A stretch of DNA of 64,000 bases from an uncultured Gemmataceae bacterium (GTDB taxonomy: Bacteria; Planctomycetota; Planctomycetia; Gemmatales; Gemmataceae). Each line of letters starts with the position of its first letter. Positions within the stretch are counted from its first letter, which is position 1. The position numbers and the translations under genes were made by a program. The notes beneath the pieces are model-generated. The model did not search any database. It had not been told where the DNA came from and saw only the letters and a list, made by a program, of their open reading frames with translations. Shown here in pieces: positions 61,301 through 64,000 of this stretch. The DNA lies in the NCBI GenBank assembly GCA_963750165.1, contig CAVVPN010000012.1:992001-1056000 (forward strand). Reading direction: 5' to 3'.

Positions 61301-62412
61301 CCATCACGGAGGTCACGGCCCCCGACGGGACCGGCAGTCAGTGGGTGACCGAAACCGGGTTGCTGGTCTTCCACGTAGACGTGTCCGCCGGCACCCTGGA
61401 CCTGACCGGCGAGGTCACCGATGGCTCGGAGATCAGCCGCGGCGTCTTCATCGGCAACGTGCTGTATTCCATTTCCAACACCACCGTCCAGGCGCAATCC
61501 CTGGACGACCTCAGCACCGTCGTCAGCCAGGTGCAACTGCCCGCGCCGGTAAATCCGTATCCCTACGGGTGGGGGTATCTTCCCATCCTTGTCCCCATCG
61601 ACGTCGTCCTGCCCCTGGTGATCAGCGATGACAGTGGGGTCGAGCGCTTCGCAATCACGGCGGGCGGGGAAGTCAGTTCGCCGGACAACAACTCGGGGGA
61701 CGACACGAAGACCGTGGTCCCGTCCGGCAGCAGTTCAACCACCGGCACGACACCGGAGACCCCGGAGGTCAAGCCCGCCGCACCGGTGACGGACACGGTG
61801 ACCGTCTCGGTGACCACTCCCGTGGTCGCGCAGGCCAGCAGTCCCGCCGCCGTGACGGTGACGTTGACGACGCCAGCACCGGCACCGTTGTCGCCGGCGG
61901 GGTTCCTGGCGCCCGCCTCCCAGGCAGTGACGAGCACTTCGTCATCGGCCCAGGTCGCCCCGGTGACCGTCACCACGACCGCCGCGGTGGCGGTGACCGC
62001 CGTGGACACCGGGTCGCCATCGCCGTTGACGAAACCGCACATTTCCGCGGGCGGACAGGAGCCTCCGCCCGCGCCGCTCGACGCCGAGGACGCCGACTTC
62101 TTCCGGGAACAGGAAGGGGAAGCGGCGCCCCAACCCGTCGATGCGGTCGGCGGCCCGGAGGCCGACGCGGCCCTGTGCGCCGTCTGGGCCTCGGTCTGGC
62201 GCGCGGAGTTGTCGCACCCGACCGCAGCGCTTTACCGGGAGCTGGGGGAAGCGCTGGCCGATCCACCGCAGACTGTCCACGAAGGGGATGCCGGCCGGGA
62301 AGCGCAGGATGTGTCGCCGCTGTGGGCCCTGGCGGTGGCCGCGCTGCTGCCGATCCACCAGGTCAATGCCGGCCGACGGGAGCGCCGAACCGGCTGGCTC
62401 GACCGGAGTTGA
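58339..62412 (+). CDS. Large exported-type protein: planctomycete motif, delta-60 repeats, beta-propeller domain, Thr/Pro-rich tail
   Basis: RPRVELLEDRRLLS; repeated R(Y/F)N.DG.PD.TFG and Q.DGK.VV; YSTTNVQVNGVDEGDTVKTDG...IYAVRF.GD...DPLFAVDLSDP. Confidence 0.88.
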   Translation: MIQSWTNHERASWRRDRGGRRHTTGQRWRYRPRVELLEDRRLLSAGAIDPTFGQNGVTAPDGGAASRALVVEADGKILLLDQTQTGYNLLRYNTDGTPDTTFGDQGAVTGTFGAGTAVFSLGVRADGRIVVAGAADSSLDEAHFNPDGTADTTFANGGMSVSLPMPNITFSDMAVQNSGAVVAVGASGDDLVVVELDASDGQLCPGFGGCGSVTVALGAGAQAGGVAFQSDGKVVVSGFGGGQLSVLRYNADGTPDTTFATAGVATVAVSGTTPLSSHVAVDPTTGQVAATADTYALIASLDGPPPEGGYGKEYFNLFRFNADGSPNTAFGNQGEVVTSTSVWIDAPSNFFSHDVAFEQDGKLLVAQLSEGSTDVLRYGADGALDLTYGNGGDASVGLTWDYTQLPAPTHPLALQGDGEVVVASDTFLNGQDGAYSNGAVVTRLQTDSHLRPQQFGSEAAFREYVIDQAVQRYASLLAQTFPNYYFAFPLATEAVTTSLATGTVDAVDEASPTYSTTNVQVNGVDEGDTVKTDGQYLYVLSGGQLVILTAWPASALQTLSVTALQGSPQAEFLDGDRLTVITQDYVSDPSSPPPGVVTPSAIVAGNLIPYWGYPSQPVVRVTVFDVSDPSAPAVMQQTTLDGTYNTSRAIGDTVYVALSNELTSVPAPTYQLVGNNSVYETEVDYRAQLEALPLNQLLPTYTTHYTDAAGDHDLSGLLTDPADLYQPAVPDDNTLMSLVSFDVSGAVAGPTHSVSLLTSYDATLFAATDNFYLISSRWSYVSNWTFIDQLSLAGGDITLTATGRVPGSILNSYSAGENGNDFYIATTTGWWNNSSNNLYVLTANGASLDVVGKLEGLAPDDSIYAVRFLGDRAFVSTYENTDPLFAVDLSDPTHPVVAGTLEVSGYTGYLQALDATHLIGIGRDSDPVTGETTDITVSLFDVSDLNNPILVSRYHVAPQGWSWSAAEYDFHAITWYPELQALALPISTITEVTAPDGTGSQWVTETGLLVFHVDVSAGTLDLTGEVTDGSEISRGVFIGNVLYSISNTTVQAQSLDDLSTVVSQVQLPAPVNPYPYGWGYLPILVPIDVVLPLVISDDSGVERFAITAGGEVSSPDNNSGDDTKTVVPSGSSSTTGTTPETPEVKPAAPVTDTVTVSVTTPVVAQASSPAAVTVTLTTPAPAPLSPAGFLAPASQAVTSTSSSAQVAPVTVTTTAAVAVTAVDTGSPSPLTKPHISAGGQEPPPAPLDAEDADFFREQEGEAAPQPVDAVGGPEADAALCAVWASVWRAELSHPTAALYRELGEALADPPQTVHEGDAGREAQDVSPLWALAVAALLPIHQVNAGRRERRTGWLDRS

Positions 62413-62442
62413 TTCCACGAAAAGCGCTTGTCCTGATGGTTC

Positions 62443-64000
62443 CTACTTACTGAGCCGTTGTTGCACCGCCCGCGCCGCGCGCGTCAGCCACGCCTCCGGC
62501 TCGCCCGCGGCCAGCGACTGCACCAGCGCCCGCGCCTCGACGCTACCGATCAACTCCAGCACCGCCAGCGCCCGCAGCTGCTGCAGCACCGCCGGCGCCG
62601 CCCCCGGCCCCTCCAGCTTCTCCAGCAATTTCTCGACGCGCAACCGCACTTCCAGCGGCGGGTTGTCGCCCAGCGCCTTCTCCAGCAGCGGCAGTGCCAG
62701 CTCGCCCAGAATTTCCAGCTCCGCCACCGCCTGCTGTCGTTTCACGAACTGATCGCTGCGCAAGTCGCCGACCAGCGTGCGCATCCGCTCCAGTTCCTTC
62801 GCCGTGCTCGGCCGCAACGTTTTCCGCAGCAGAGTCACGGCATCCTGCGGCGCCTGCACCAACTTCCGCACGGCCTGGTGTCCCCGGGCGTTTGCCGCCG
62901 CCAGTTCCTGCCACCAGGCATCCAGTTCGGCTGCCGTCGCCTGCCGCGGGTCGTGGCGCGTCCGGGCCAGCCACGGCTCCGCGTCCCAGATCAGCATGGT
63001 CAAATCCGAACTGCCCGACACCAACCGTTTGCCGTCCGACGACCAGCTGACCGACGACACGCCTGCGCGGTGCCCCGGCAACAGGGCCAGCTCGCTGCCG
63101 GTCACCACGTCCCAGACGAGGAGGTGCCCGTCGGTGGTGCCGCCCGCCAGCAGCCGGCCGCTGGGCGAAAACGCCACGTCGTTCACGACATGGCCGCGCG
63201 TCGCCAGGCTGGCCACGGTGGTTCCGGTGGCCAGCTCGCGCAGCGTCACGTCGCCTCCGCTGTAGAGCGCTTGCGCCGCCAGGCCGCCGTTGGGCGCCAG
63301 CGCGACCCGGTGCGCGATCACCGGCGTCAGTGTGGAGCGCGGCAGTCGGCGGCCCGTCGCCACGTCGTACGCCATGAGTCGCTGGACCTGCACCGCGACC
63401 AGCCGGCGGCCGCCCACGTCGAAGCGCCCGTCAACTTGACCGTTGATCGCGATCAGTTTCTTGCGGCCGGCCACGTCCCAGAGTTGGAATTTCGCGCCGC
63501 CGTTCCGCGCGCGGGTCGAGGAGCTGGGCCAGCAAGTATTTGCCGTCCGGGGTCAGCGCCAGTAGTGTCGGCACGTAATTCGGCTCGTCCAATTGCAGGA
63601 GCACTTTCTTGCTCGCCACGTCGCGCACGGCGACCTGCTTTCCTTCCCTGCCGCTGGCCTGAACGCGGCCGTCGTCCGACACGGCCCCCGCGGCCCACGA
63701 GCCCGGCTCCCAGCCGACGCGCTTCAGCAGCCGGCCGGTCGTGGCGTCCCAGAAGGACGCGGCCGATTCCTCGGAGCCGAAGTAGCCCGGGCTGGTCGAA
63801 ATCAGCGTCCGGCCATCCGGGGCGAAGCGGACGAAGACGCTCAGACCGCGCGGGCTCGCGAAGTCGTGGACCGGCTTGCCGGTGGCCGTGTGCCAGAGCC
63901 GCACGATGCCGTAGTCCGTGGTGGCCAGGTGGCGGCCGTCCGGCGACACCATCAGGTGATAACTGCCCTTGTAATTGGGGATCGTGTGAAGGCGTTTGCC
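62443..64000 (-). CDS. WD40-repeat protein (5' part outside the window), frameshift near 63490
   Basis: (F/S)PDG..L, WD and GH repeats; Gemmataceae-type C-terminal LRALAVLELIG. Confidence 0.85.

Overview
GC-rich bacterial chromosome segment, most likely a Planctomycete (Gemmataceae-like). Lineage markers are a DUF1559 prepilin-type gene, three proteins with the planctomycete 'RPxLExLExRxLLA' N-terminal motif, a DUF1080 gene and WD40 proteins. Housekeeping and metabolic genes (cysC, metH, pyrC-like, mutS2-like, dinG-like, aminotransferase, CoA-transferase, MBOAT/SGNH pair) are interspersed with intact or decayed toxin-antitoxin modules and many families of REP-like palindromes. About ten single-base frameshifts in otherwise intact genes suggest long-read consensus errors. 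Two items stand out. (1) An unannotated, densely base-paired, roughly 650-900 nt non-coding region at about 31.1-32.1 kb, between metH and a DUF6065-like/TPR gene, which looks like a large ornate ncRNA (possibly GOLLD-like). (2) An expanded, functionally uncharacterised STM4011-STM4015-type operon (two radical SAM enzymes, an ATP-grasp ligase, a sulfatase-like hydrolase, three LRR paralogs) facing a DUF6745/LRR gene pair. Family assignments are from motif recognition only; no searches were run.
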